The position numbers and the translations under genes were made by a program. This document shows, in pieces, positions 22,336 through 31,935 of a stretch of 64,000 nucleotides of DNA. The stretch covers positions 1,249 to 65,248 of the forward strand of contig URNX01000007.1 in assembly GCA_900549415.1 (NCBI GenBank). Reading direction: 5' to 3'. This DNA comes from an uncultured bacterium (lineage in GTDB: Bacteria; Verrucomicrobiota; Lentisphaeria; Victivallales; UBA1829). The notes beneath the pieces were generated by a model that did no database searches, had not been told where the DNA came from, and worked only from the letters and a program-made list of their open reading frames with translations. Numbering within the stretch: position 1 is the stretch's first letter; each line of letters begins with the position of its first letter.

Positions 22336-24249
22336 TTACTTGTCGTCGTCGACGATTTCAGCGTCAACTACGCCGTCGTCATTTTTCTTGGCGCCAGCAT
22401 CAGCGGCTCCGGCGTTCGGAGCACCCTGCGCACCGGCCTGATTTGCGGCCTGAGACTTGTAAATCTCTTCGCCGAACTTCATCAGACGCTCTTCGAGCTC
22501 TTTCATCGTCGCCTTCATGGCTTCGGTGTTGTCGTTCTTGATATCCGCTTTGAGTTTGTCAATGGATTCCTGAACGCTGCTCTTGGCTTCCGGAGAAAGC
22601 TTGTCGCCGAGATCCTTCAGCTGCTTTTCGGTCTGATAGACCATGGAGTCAGCTTTGTTCTTGACTTCGATTTTCTCTTTGGCTGCCTTGTCCTCGTTCT
22701 CGTGAGCCTTGGCGTCGTTGACCATCTTCTGAATCTCCTCTTCGGAGAGTCCGCTGCTGGCGGTGATGGTGATCTTCTGTTCCTTGCCGGTTCCGAGATC
22801 CTTTGCGGTAACACTCAGGATGCCGTTCGCGTCGATATCGAAGGTAACTTCGATCTGCGGAACACCACGCGGAGCCGGGGCGATACCGTCGAGACGGAAT
22901 CTGCCGATGGACTTGTTGTCCGCCGCCATATTGCGCTCGCCCTGGAGAACATGAATGTCAACGGACGGCTGATTGTCTGCAGCGGTCGAGAAGACTTCGC
23001 TCTTCTTGGTCGGGATGGTCGTATTTCTGTCAATGAGCTTCGTCGTGACGCCGCCGAGGGTTTCAATACCGAGGGACAGCGGGGTGACGTCGAGCAGAAC
23101 CACATCGTTGACTTCGCCGCCGAGCACGCCGCCCTGAATGGCTGCGCCTGCCGCAACGACTTCATCGGGGTTGACGCCCTTATGCGGCTCTCTTCCGAAG
23201 ATCGTCTTTGCCATTTCCTGAGCCTTCGGCATTCTTGTCATGCCGCCGACGAGGATGACTTCGTTGATCTTGTCCTTGGAAACTCCCGAGTCGCGGACGC
23301 AGTTTTCGCAGGGACCGACGGTGCTCTGAAGCAGATCGTCGCAGAGTTCTTCAAGTTTTGCTCTCGTAAGAGTGATCTGAAGGTGAAGCGGACCGTTCTG
23401 GTTCATCGTGATGAACGGAAGGTTGATTTCCGAGCTCATGCTGGACGAAAGTTCGCATTTAGCCTTTTCAGCGGCCTCTTTCAGACGCTGGAGCGCCTGC
23501 GGGTCGTTACGGAGATCAACGCCGTTCTCCGCTTTGAAGGTTTCTGCGAGCCAGTTCACAACCTGGGTATCGAAGTCATCACCGCCGAGGTGGGTGTTGC
23601 CGTTTGTGGCTTTCACTTCGAACACGCCGTCGCCGATTTCGAGGATGGAGATATCGAAAGTACCGCCGCCGAGGTCGTACACAGCAATGGTCTCATCGGC
23701 GTTGCCCTTGTCGAGACCGTATGCGAGAGCGGCCGCGGTCGGCTCGTTCACGATACGCTTGACATCAAGTCCGGCGATACGTCCGGCGTCTTTCGTCGCC
23801 TGACGCTGACTGTCGTTGAAGTAAGCCGGAACAGTGATGACCGCTTCGGTGATTTTCTCGCCGAGGAATGCTTCCGCATCGTTTTTCAGTTTCTGAAGAA
23901 TCATAGCGGAGATTTCCGGCGGAGAGTAGTGCTTTCCTCCGGCAACGACTTCGACGTCGCCGTTCTTGGCTTCCGCGAGTTCGTAGGGAACACGCTTTGC
24001 ATCTTCCTGAGCTTCACTGAACTTACGTCCCATGAAACGTTTGATCGAGAAGATTGTGTTTTTCGGGTTCGTCACGGCCTGACGTTTTGCAGTCTGACCG
24101 ACCAGACGTTCACCGGTCTTTGTGAATGCAACGATTGAAGGAGTCGTGTTGGCGCCTTCCGCATTCGGAATAATTTTAAATTTGCCCTGATCCATAACAG
24201 CCATGCAGCTGTTCGTAGTTCCGAGGTCAATTCCAAGTATCTTTCCCAT
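22336..24249 (-). CDS. dnaK: molecular chaperone DnaK (Hsp70)
   Basis: ORF trimmed to [18 protein letters not shown]...; [19 protein letters not shown] motifs. Confidence 0.98.
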   Translation of the reverse strand: MGKILGIDLGTTNSCMAVMDQGKFKIIPNAEGANTTPSIVAFTKTGERLVGQTAKRQAVTNPKNTIFSIKRFMGRKFSEAQEDAKRVPYELAEAKNGDVEVVAGGKHYSPPEISAMILQKLKNDAEAFLGEKITEAVITVPAYFNDSQRQATKDAGRIAGLDVKRIVNEPTAAALAYGLDKGNADETIAVYDLGGGTFDISILEIGDGVFEVKATNGNTHLGGDDFDTQVVNWLAETFKAENGVDLRNDPQALQRLKEAAEKAKCELSSSMSSEINLPFITMNQNGPLHLQITLTRAKLEELCDDLLQSTVGPCENCVRDSGVSKDKINEVILVGGMTRMPKAQEMAKTIFGREPHKGVNPDEVVAAGAAIQGGVLGGEVNDVVLLDVTPLSLGIETLGGVTTKLIDRNTTIPTKKSEVFSTAADNQPSVDIHVLQGERNMAADNKSIGRFRLDGIAPAPRGVPQIEVTFDIDANGILSVTAKDLGTGKEQKITITASSGLSEEEIQKMVNDAKAHENEDKAAKEKIEVKNKADSMVYQTEKQLKDLGDKLSPEAKSSVQESIDKLKADIKNDNTEAMKATMKELEERLMKFGEEIYKSQAANQAGAQGAPNAGAADAGAKKNDDGVVDAEIVDDDK

Positions 24250-24307
24250 AGTAGCAAGCCCTTTCCTGTTTTTTATTTTTTTCTGTTTGCTTGACGACTG
24301 GAACTGT

Positions 24308-24323
24308 AGCAATACTGATGCCA
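24308..24323 (-). promoter_or_regulatory. sigma-54 (-24/-12)-type promoter candidate for dnaK
   Basis: Minus strand reads TGGCAT-CAGTA-TTGCT (GG at 24322/24321, GC at 24310/24309, canonical spacing), about 60-75 nt upstream of the dnaK ATG. A match of this length is expected by chance roughly once per window of this size. Confidence 0.35.
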
Positions 24324-24425
24324 ACTTTTTTGAAAAAGCTGTTTTACACTCGAAAAATATTTTACCCGGCATGTTTCAGGCGTGTCTCAGCCGGGCATCT
24401 GTGCGGGCATGTGTGACATAATGTG

Positions 24426-25214
24426 TCAATGTGTCACACTTTCAAACAGTTCAAAGTAGCGGCGTCCCAGTTCGCGGGCGGAGCGGGCGTTGAAATGAAG
24501 TCTGTCGCCGCGGTGAACCAGACCTGCGGAAGAGGCGACACGGACAAGCTCCAGCTCTTCAGAAAGCTCATGCATGATTCCGTTGATGCCGGGAACGTTT
24601 TTCTGGATATTCTCTTCGTAGAAATCACCAAGTTCGCCGAGGAGGAAGGGGACTCCGTTCAGATTCAGATCACGGCGGAAGTTCGCGATGACCGTGCGCA
24701 AATCCTCTTTGTAGCTCCGTGTGCCGCGGTGCGCATCTGTCTCTCCCTGATGCCAGAGAACGCAGACGATTTCCCCGTATTTCATTGCTTCGCGGGCGGC
24801 GCGAACGGCATCATCATACGGATGATTTCCAGCATCCCACGGGTCGACGCCGCCGGGGAGCCATGCGACGACTGGAGTTCCGCCGATTGCAGTCGGAATG
24901 AGACCGATCGGACGGTTCGGAAAGCGCTCATGGAAGAGTTTTGCAAACGTGCGGCCGGGACCGACGCCGCGCACTGTCATGCCCTCTCCGGGAATGGGAT
25001 TGTCCCACGGATCGGGCGAACTCATACGTTCGTCTGCGGCGGAGAAACAGCCGACCATGCTGCGGTCGCGCGTGACCGGCTCAATCGCCGGATACCACTT
25101 TCCATGGCGGAAAACTTCTACATTTTCAATGGGCTCAAGATCCTCAGGCGAGGCGACATCGCGCCCCGCCATGTTGGATTGTCCGGCAAGAAGAATCAGC
25201 TGTTTTTTCTCCAT
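24426..25214 (-). CDS. SASA-family carbohydrate esterase (sialate O-acetylesterase-like, DUF303)
   Basis: 262 aa; N-terminal ILLAGQSNMAGR block and VLWHQGETD block typical of the SASA/SGNH-like family. Confidence 0.8.
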   Translation of the reverse strand: MEKKQLILLAGQSNMAGRDVASPEDLEPIENVEVFRHGKWYPAIEPVTRDRSMVGCFSAADERMSSPDPWDNPIPGEGMTVRGVGPGRTFAKLFHERFPNRPIGLIPTAIGGTPVVAWLPGGVDPWDAGNHPYDDAVRAAREAMKYGEIVCVLWHQGETDAHRGTRSYKEDLRTVIANFRRDLNLNGVPFLLGELGDFYEENIQKNVPGINGIMHELSEELELVRVASSAGLVHRGDRLHFNARSARELGRRYFELFESVTH

Positions 25215-25218
25215 TTTC

Positions 25219-28200
25219 TTATTCCTGAATCAGTTCGAAGTAGACGCTTGCTTTCTTTAATTTATCCGTATTGACATTGATTTTCAAGCGTCCGTTTTCT
25301 GATTTAAGCGGAATTTCTTCGCGGCGTGTGCCGTCCAGAGCGAGCGCATAGAGTTTGAATCCCGCGGTATCGGAATGTTTCAAACTTGCATTGAATTTGC
25401 CGGTGCGGAGCATCGGAACCGGATCGCCGTTCTGCCAGCCGTGAAGGAAGGCCCCCCGGTATGAGACCGTTCCGTTTTTATTTGCCGTTGCGGTCGTGAA
25501 GATCAGCAGCATTCTGCGGCTTGCGGAAAGCGGGAGCCCATCCACCGAAACAAGCGAGATGCAGCCGTCACTGCTGGTCGATTCGATTGCAAAATCCCCC
25601 AGATCGGCGGAACTGCCGGCTGTGAGACATGCCCCCTGCGTGCGCGGGGTACGGACTTCCAGTTTCTTCTCTGCCGTGAACATAGTTATCTGAGCATTGT
25701 CAGTCTGGTAAATTCCCTGCGCCGGAACGGAGAGGTTGGCCGCGGAAAGAATGCCGCGTTTGCGCAGAAGATCCGCGAACTCAGCCGCGCTGAACATGCG
25801 GTCTTTGCCGCTTCCCGCACCGATTGCGTCATCGAGTTCCGACTTATAGAGTCCGTCCGTGCGGGTTGCCGGAATGGCAAGATCATGCGGAACAGAACTG
25901 CGGACGCCTGCCGGACGCGGCGTGCAGGGAAACTCCATGCTGAATCCGGTCATCAGAGCAAGCTTGGTCTGTTCGGGAGAAACAGGCTGGAAAAACTTTG
26001 TCAGTTCCGGAGAAACCTGAAGTGCGATATTGTGTGTGCTCGGAGCGGCATCGCCGCGCCGGAAGAGCGCGTAAATCAGAGAGAGGGAGCCGCGCGCAAC
26101 CGGATTGCTTCCGATGTTGAACGTACTTAGCCGTTCCGGAGTCAGTGTTACCGGACCCGAATGCGGAAGAACGGCACGGAAGTTCTGGAATGCAGAGTAC
26201 CCGCCCATGACGAGTCCGAATTCATAGGAATAGGGATTCGGGGGACAGTGGTTTGTTTCGGTGACGAAATAGGGGCGGTCGGCAAACTTCGCGGCGACGA
26301 GATTGCGCCAGTAAAGAGCTGCGCTGCTGACGGCGCTCTGCATGGTTGCCGCGCGGGAACCGCGGACGGCATCCCGCTGTGTATTGAGATTGAGTCCGAT
26401 GGCATGGGACCAGTAGCTGTGTCCGAACGCGATCTGCGAATACCGGCTGCGGACCGCATTGTCGCCGAACCAGACTGGAACGTCGAATTGTCCGATCAAT
26501 CCTTTGTATCCGAATTCCCGGATCGTTTTTTCGCAGAACTCCATCATTCTGCTCTGAAGTTCCGTGCAGCACTCGATGAAGTCGCGCGATTTCGGGGAAT
26601 CTTTCGCCGCACCGGAGAGCAGACCGCGCGTGACCGTGATTTTTTCAAAGGAGTCAAAAGAACTCTTCCATGCATTGTTCAACGCTGCAATGTTTTTATA
26701 TTTTGCAGACAGGAACTCACGGAAGCGGCGGTTGAACAGCTGAATTTCGTTTGCCGTAACGCGCGTTCCCTTGAGATTAGTCCAGATCATGCAGCCTTCT
26801 TCCTCGTTGCTGAATTCGACTGTAACAAGCTGGGGATCATCGGCAAGACGCGTTCCGGTATAGGGATTAACGGTGTCGAGAATTGTTTTTGCGTTTTCGC
26901 GGAAACGCGCTTTTGCCTCATCGGTCAGAAGCAGAAGTCCGATCCGGCGCGGGTGGGAACCGGCAAATCCGCTGCCTCTGTGGTCGTAAATGGAAATATT
27001 GAGATAACAGCCCTGTTTCTTGAGTTCGGAGATCATGAACCAGTTGCGGTCGCGTTCCTCTTTTGTGCCGTACCAGCAGCGAGATTCGATATGGAACCGG
27101 ATATGATTCATGCCGAGCGCACGCAGAGAACGTGCGTATTCCTTTGCAAACGCCTCAAACTGTGCGCGGTTCATGGGAGCCCAATCCTTGATCACAAAAC
27201 CGTCGTCGCGGACATTGGTTTCATACGGATACGTTCCGCTGCCAGCGCCGGAAAAGGGCCCGTTTGCTCCGAAGAAGCGCACCGGATTTTTTGCATCCCG
27301 CTCAAAAACGGGTTCGCCTTTGTCATTCAGAATGAGCCGTCCGAATTTCCCTGCGGGGGTGTGGACAGCTCCGGAGAAATCAAGCGCTGTTCCCGGCTGG
27401 ACAACGAGTTTCCCCAGAGCGGCGGTCTTCCAGCCGCTGCCGTTCTTGATGAGAACGGTCGGCAGATACCATTCTGCGAGATTCTGCCACATCTGATGAC
27501 GCGGCAGTTTTGCGGTCGGACCGTACATCAGAAACCAGCCATTGCTTCCCGGGAAGACTTTGATTGCAATGGTATTTTTGCCCTTCTTCAGTTCGAAATC
27601 AACCGGGTGATTGTCCGGAGAGAAACGGGTTGTTTCATTTCCAGCTTTCTCAAGACGGCTGGTTGAATAATATTCTTTTCCGTTGCAATAGAAAGTGAAA
27701 TACCAGTCGGCGGCAAGACCGAGACGCACTGTGCGGTCGCGGTCACTTTCCACTTCCGTCATGAGCATGACACAGCTGCGCGGTTCATGTTTCGGTATGA
27801 GGGGAAGACAGTCGATTTTCCCGTTGACGGCTTTTACTTTGACCGGGAAAATATCCGTCTCTTTCCTTCCGTTTGCCGAATAGGTCCAGCGTTCCGGAAT
27901 GATTGCAGGGGCCTCGCGGTAGACACTGGCGTTGACAAATGCGGTCCATTCGTCATTCAGTTTCGGACACGGGTCAACTTTTTCGAGTTTCACATTGCGG
28001 ATTTCGACTTCCGAATCAATGAAATTTCCAAGATGAAACGAGATGGCTGAAGGAGGGTCCGCAGGGATCTTTTTCCTGCGGTTGAAACGGAATGACCAGT
28101 CGTATTGAAGTTCTCCCGGGTGAATCTGCAGACGTTTTGAACTGAAGAGGGGATAATGCGGCTTTTGCCGGACTCCGGCGCCGACGGTCAGTTCCGCAGA

Positions 28201-28401
28201 ACGACTGGTTTTTACCGTAAAAGTGAGACGGTAGTCCTGTCTGTCTTCCAACGGAACGAAAGTATAGAGCAGAACTGCGCCGTTTTTTGCTTTCTGAAGC
28301 GGGATGTTCAGCTGCAAAGCGTTTTTTGCAAAACACGCCTTGCGCGGAGTTGCGACTTTATAATCCGGAGCGATCCAGCAGCGCCAGGTGTTCCAGTCCA
28401 T
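25219..28401 (-). CDS. large multidomain glycoside-hydrolase-like protein (beta-sandwich modules plus TIM-barrel, clan GH-A-like); N-terminus probably disrupted
   Basis: 1060-aa ORF. Central region has MNHIRFH, VEFSNEEEG (candidate acid/base NE) and FVTETNH (candidate nucleophile), reminiscent of clan GH-A. No signal peptide in frame; a signal-peptide-like start lies out of frame 74 nt upstream (see findings). Confidence 0.6.
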   Translation of the reverse strand: MDWNTWRCWIAPDYKVATPRKACFAKNALQLNIPLQKAKNGAVLLYTFVPLEDRQDYRLTFTVKTSRSAELTVGAGVRQKPHYPLFSSKRLQIHPGELQYDWSFRFNRRKKIPADPPSAISFHLGNFIDSEVEIRNVKLEKVDPCPKLNDEWTAFVNASVYREAPAIIPERWTYSANGRKETDIFPVKVKAVNGKIDCLPLIPKHEPRSCVMLMTEVESDRDRTVRLGLAADWYFTFYCNGKEYYSTSRLEKAGNETTRFSPDNHPVDFELKKGKNTIAIKVFPGSNGWFLMYGPTAKLPRHQMWQNLAEWYLPTVLIKNGSGWKTAALGKLVVQPGTALDFSGAVHTPAGKFGRLILNDKGEPVFERDAKNPVRFFGANGPFSGAGSGTYPYETNVRDDGFVIKDWAPMNRAQFEAFAKEYARSLRALGMNHIRFHIESRCWYGTKEERDRNWFMISELKKQGCYLNISIYDHRGSGFAGSHPRRIGLLLLTDEAKARFRENAKTILDTVNPYTGTRLADDPQLVTVEFSNEEEGCMIWTNLKGTRVTANEIQLFNRRFREFLSAKYKNIAALNNAWKSSFDSFEKITVTRGLLSGAAKDSPKSRDFIECCTELQSRMMEFCEKTIREFGYKGLIGQFDVPVWFGDNAVRSRYSQIAFGHSYWSHAIGLNLNTQRDAVRGSRAATMQSAVSSAALYWRNLVAAKFADRPYFVTETNHCPPNPYSYEFGLVMGGYSAFQNFRAVLPHSGPVTLTPERLSTFNIGSNPVARGSLSLIYALFRRGDAAPSTHNIALQVSPELTKFFQPVSPEQTKLALMTGFSMEFPCTPRPAGVRSSVPHDLAIPATRTDGLYKSELDDAIGAGSGKDRMFSAAEFADLLRKRGILSAANLSVPAQGIYQTDNAQITMFTAEKKLEVRTPRTQGACLTAGSSADLGDFAIESTSSDGCISLVSVDGLPLSASRRMLLIFTTATANKNGTVSYRGAFLHGWQNGDPVPMLRTGKFNASLKHSDTAGFKLYALALDGTRREEIPLKSENGRLKINVNTDKLKKASVYFELIQE

Positions 28402-28487
28402 TTTTGCAGGCAGCAGATTTTCCGCAGAAAGTCCAGCGCGGCTGACGCTAGGAGAGAGAAAAACAGTTTTTTCATGTGCGAAGATCC

Positions 28488-29267
28488 TTATTTGAATTTG
28501 CGGTAAGCTTTGCTTTCGTCAAAGAGTCTGTAGATATTGTAATTGGTATAAAGTGAAGCCGCTTTCTGTGAGCTCGCGCTCATATCCAGATGCATGACAT
28601 TCGCGGCTCCGCCGTGACGGGTTGTGATAAGCCCGTGATAGGAATTTTCCGTGGTATTCGGATCGTTTATTGTGCAGTAGGCGCGCTTGGTTTCCCCTTT
28701 CAGAGAATCTCCGGCGACGATCGTCCGGCTGGAGCCGGGGACGACGTAGCCGATGGTGTTTTTCGCCTTCATGATATCCGTGCGGCGGGTTGCTTTGGTG
28801 ATGGTTCTTGCTCCGCTGAATGCCGCACTGAGTCCGAATGTCTGATGAACAATCATGCCGGAACCGGTTCCGAGAGCGAAATCTTTGGTACAGCGGTAGG
28901 CTTTGGTGAGACGGACATTTTTTTCAACGCTGTAGGCTGCAACAGAGCTGTTGCCGGCGACTTCTTTTTCTTTGAGTCCGGGAGTCATCGTCAGAAGCAG
29001 GTTGCCGACCCAGGGAATCTGATATTCCGGGGGACGCCCGTCGTCGCCGACCTGATAGAGCGGGGCGGGGAAATAATCGTTGAAGCTGTCCGCATACATG
29101 GTCAAAGCGGTTCCGGTCTGCTTCAGATTGCTGAGACAGCCGATCGCGTGCGCCTTGTCTCGGGCTTTGTTCAGGGCGGGAAGGAGCAGACCGGCAAGGA
29201 TGGCAATCACGGCAATTACCACAAGGAGCTCCACAAGGGTAAACATAGATTTCTTCTGTTTCATCAT
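28488..29267 (-). CDS. prepilin-type N-terminal cleavage/methylation domain protein (DUF1559 / H-X9-DG-like pseudopilin)
   Basis: [50 protein letters not shown]..., C-terminal [13 protein letters not shown] (H-X9-D). Confidence 0.88.
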   Translation of the reverse strand: MMKQKKSMFTLVELLVVIAVIAILAGLLLPALNKARDKAHAIGCLSNLKQTGTALTMYADSFNDYFPAPLYQVGDDGRPPEYQIPWVGNLLLTMTPGLKEKEVAGNSSVAAYSVEKNVRLTKAYRCTKDFALGTGSGMIVHQTFGLSAAFSGARTITKATRRTDIMKAKNTIGYVVPGSSRTIVAGDSLKGETKRAYCTINDPNTTENSYHGLITTRHGGAANVMHLDMSASSQKAASLYTNYNIYRLFDESKAYRKFK

Positions 29268-29279
29268 TTTCCCTTTCTT

Positions 29280-29648
29280 TCAGTTTGTCTGTCTGCAGAT
29301 TTCATCCACAAGAAAAGTTCCGTTCACGGCGGCGGGGAATCCCGCGTAGACGGCGAGCTGAAGCATGACTTCCATCAGCTCTTCGCGTGAGGCGCCGCAT
29401 TTCATTGCGGCGCGGATGTGACTGCGCAGTTCCGTTTCCAGCCCGCTCTGAGCTGCAAGCGCGGAGACAATCACCAGTTCGCGGGTCTTGAGGTCCAGCC
29501 CCGGGCGGTCGTGAATGTCGCCGAATGCGAATTCCACAATGGCGTCCGCGAGTGCGGGGGAGATCTCTTTGAGGCGCGGGACAATTGTCGAGTGGTCAAA
29601 GAGCTTTGCGCGTCTTGCGACGCCCTTCCGGTAACGTTCTGATTCCAT
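29280..29648 (-). CDS. carboxymuconolactone decarboxylase (CMD/AhpD-like) family protein
   Basis: 122 aa; ...DLKTRELVIVSALAAQSGLETELRSHIRAAMKCGASREELMEVMLQLAVYAGFPAAVNG is classic CMD-family sequence. Confidence 0.85.
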   Translation of the reverse strand: MESERYRKGVARRAKLFDHSTIVPRLKEISPALADAIVEFAFGDIHDRPGLDLKTRELVIVSALAAQSGLETELRSHIRAAMKCGASREELMEVMLQLAVYAGFPAAVNGTFLVDEICRQTN

Positions 29649-29674
29649 ATTTCAATCCTCCTCTGTTGTGTTGG

Positions 29675-31918
29675 TCAGGAAACTTTGGCGCGGTGTTCTG
29701 TCTGGGCTATGAACAGATCCTGTTCCGTGCGGCTGAGATTTACAAAATAGACGTTCCACCCGCAGACGCGCACCTGGAGTGTGCGGTATTTTTCCGGATG
29801 CGCCTGGGCGTCGCGAAGAACGTCCGCATCGAAAATATTGCCCTGAATGGAGTGTCCGCCCATTTTGAAATAGGTCCGGACAAGCGTTGCGAGCGTATCA
29901 AGCCCCTCATCTCCCTCCACGGCTGTCGGGTGCATGACAAAATCATACATGCCGGCATGACTGAAATCCGTCATATCCATTTTGCAGATGGAACGCATTT
30001 CTTCAAGGATTCCCCTGCGGTTCATGCCGATGTTCGGACAAAGGTTCTTGGAGAGTGGTTCTCCGGACTTGTGTCCATCGGGCGTCGCTCCGGTGACTTT
30101 GCACCAGACGACATTGAAATCAATGGTGATCTGTCCATTCTTGTAGATTCCGCCGCGGGCATTAGGACGCCCGTTGATGCGGCTTGCGATAAACTTCTGC
30201 AAATCAAGCATGATGCCGTCGGCAAGTTCGCTTCCGTTGCCGTATTTGTCAGAGTCATCGAGAATGAGCTTGCGGAGCGTTTCATACCCCTTCCAGTCGG
30301 CGGCGAGTGCGGCGGCAAACTCCTTCATGGAAACGAGTTTGCGGTCAAACACGAATTTGCGGACGGCGGTCAGGGAATCGACGGCGGTTGCAAGACAGCC
30401 GATGCAGAGAGCCGTGTTGCAGTATTTTGCTCCGGTCGCATATGCGTCTTCTCCTTTTTCGAGAGCTTCGCGCATGGTGGCGGAATACATGTTTGCCGGA
30501 TTGATGACATCAAGTTTGCGTTCAAAATGCTCAATGATATTCATGCAGTAGAAAAGGATATCGTCAAACTGTTTTTCGAAAGCTTTTCTGAAATCGGCAA
30601 AAGTCTTGAATTCCGCCGGGTCACCGGTGTCGCAGCCGAGCTTGTATCCTGTTTCGGGATCGACGCCGCGGTTGAAGGCGAGTTCCAGCAGTTTCCCCAT
30701 GTTCAGGCGGAAGGGAATGGTTTTCGCCTCGCGCTCCTTGACGGTGTAATCCCAGCAGCCGGACATAAGGAATGTGCGGGCCTCTTCTTCCGTCGCGCCG
30801 CACTTGCGGAGAGTCCTGAATGCGACTTCATCGTTGATGATGGAGATGCTGCTGTTTCCTCCGCGGATCGCCTCCAGAACGCGGCGCAGGAATGAATCCG
30901 GAGTTTTCGGAGAGATGCGCACCTGAAGTTTCGGATCGTAGATGTCCGCTTCATCGTAGGCGTTGAAAATCAGCCAGGAAAAATCGGTGATCTGGTCATT
31001 GCCTTCCTCATCCTGCGAATTGAAATACATCGGCTGCTGATAACGGACATTCATTGCGGAGAAGTGATTCATGAAGAATTTGAAAAGCTCTTTGATCTGC
31101 GCGGCGTCAAAAGTTCCGTTCTGAATGTCGCGGCGGTAGAAATCGCGGTAAAGCGTATCAACTCCGCCGAGCGTGCGCGCCCGCTGGGCTTCGATGTTCT
31201 CCTGAATCTTCCAGTAGATAAGCGAAAGGAGCAGTGCCTCATAGGTGTTCTGCGGAGCGCCCGCCGCAATGGAACGGAGCGCTTTTGCCAGCAGCGGCAT
31301 CTTGGGACCGGCGGATTCATGCGCTTCCACGTATGCTGCAAGACGGTTCATGAAGCGGAGAATTGCACGGTAAGTCAGAACGATTCCTTCAAAGAATGCC
31401 TGTTTCACAGGATCGGAGGGATCGGATTTCGCCTGATATGCGAGAACCCGGTCAAGCAGTCCTTTCAGTCCGAGAGTGAGAATATCGTGCCAGCAGGGGG
31501 TGGAGTGGTCGTAGTCGGGATATATGACAATGAGCTTCGCTTCCCGCGCCTGTCTGCAGCGCAGATCATTGTAACAGGCGAGTTCACCTGCATAAAGTTC
31601 ATCCTGCCAGTGAAACTGTGCGACTTTCGCGATTTTGTCGAAATCGCATCCGGCATCAATTCTGTGCGTGACACGCTGGGCGTCCCAGAGAATGCCGAAC
31701 CAGTCTTCGGGATATAGACCCAGCTGAATGTTGTCGAGGATATGCTCCACAATCTTTGCTTTTGCAACTGGATGCGGAACTCCGTCAAGAGTCTTGAGAA
31801 GCTCCTTCGCCTCTTCTTTCAGAACGGGATATTCCCGTCCGCTTTCACGATCGTAGACGGCATTGGCGTACATGCCGTCAAGAATTTTGCGGTCACGGTC
31901 AAAAGTGTTCCAGATCAT
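29675..31918 (-). CDS. glycyl radical enzyme (PFL-like fold), divergent, substrate unknown
   Basis: 747 aa; C-terminal ...HPEKYRTLQVRVCGWNVYFVNLSRTEQDLFIAQTEH (glycyl radical motif RVxG), GATPDGHKSGEPLS block, Cys loop FLMSGCWDYTV. Confidence 0.88.
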   Translation of the reverse strand: MIWNTFDRDRKILDGMYANAVYDRESGREYPVLKEEAKELLKTLDGVPHPVAKAKIVEHILDNIQLGLYPEDWFGILWDAQRVTHRIDAGCDFDKIAKVAQFHWQDELYAGELACYNDLRCRQAREAKLIVIYPDYDHSTPCWHDILTLGLKGLLDRVLAYQAKSDPSDPVKQAFFEGIVLTYRAILRFMNRLAAYVEAHESAGPKMPLLAKALRSIAAGAPQNTYEALLLSLIYWKIQENIEAQRARTLGGVDTLYRDFYRRDIQNGTFDAAQIKELFKFFMNHFSAMNVRYQQPMYFNSQDEEGNDQITDFSWLIFNAYDEADIYDPKLQVRISPKTPDSFLRRVLEAIRGGNSSISIINDEVAFRTLRKCGATEEEARTFLMSGCWDYTVKEREAKTIPFRLNMGKLLELAFNRGVDPETGYKLGCDTGDPAEFKTFADFRKAFEKQFDDILFYCMNIIEHFERKLDVINPANMYSATMREALEKGEDAYATGAKYCNTALCIGCLATAVDSLTAVRKFVFDRKLVSMKEFAAALAADWKGYETLRKLILDDSDKYGNGSELADGIMLDLQKFIASRINGRPNARGGIYKNGQITIDFNVVWCKVTGATPDGHKSGEPLSKNLCPNIGMNRRGILEEMRSICKMDMTDFSHAGMYDFVMHPTAVEGDEGLDTLATLVRTYFKMGGHSIQGNIFDADVLRDAQAHPEKYRTLQVRVCGWNVYFVNLSRTEQDLFIAQTEHRAKVS

Positions 31919-31935
31919 ATTTGCAAACCTTTCGT

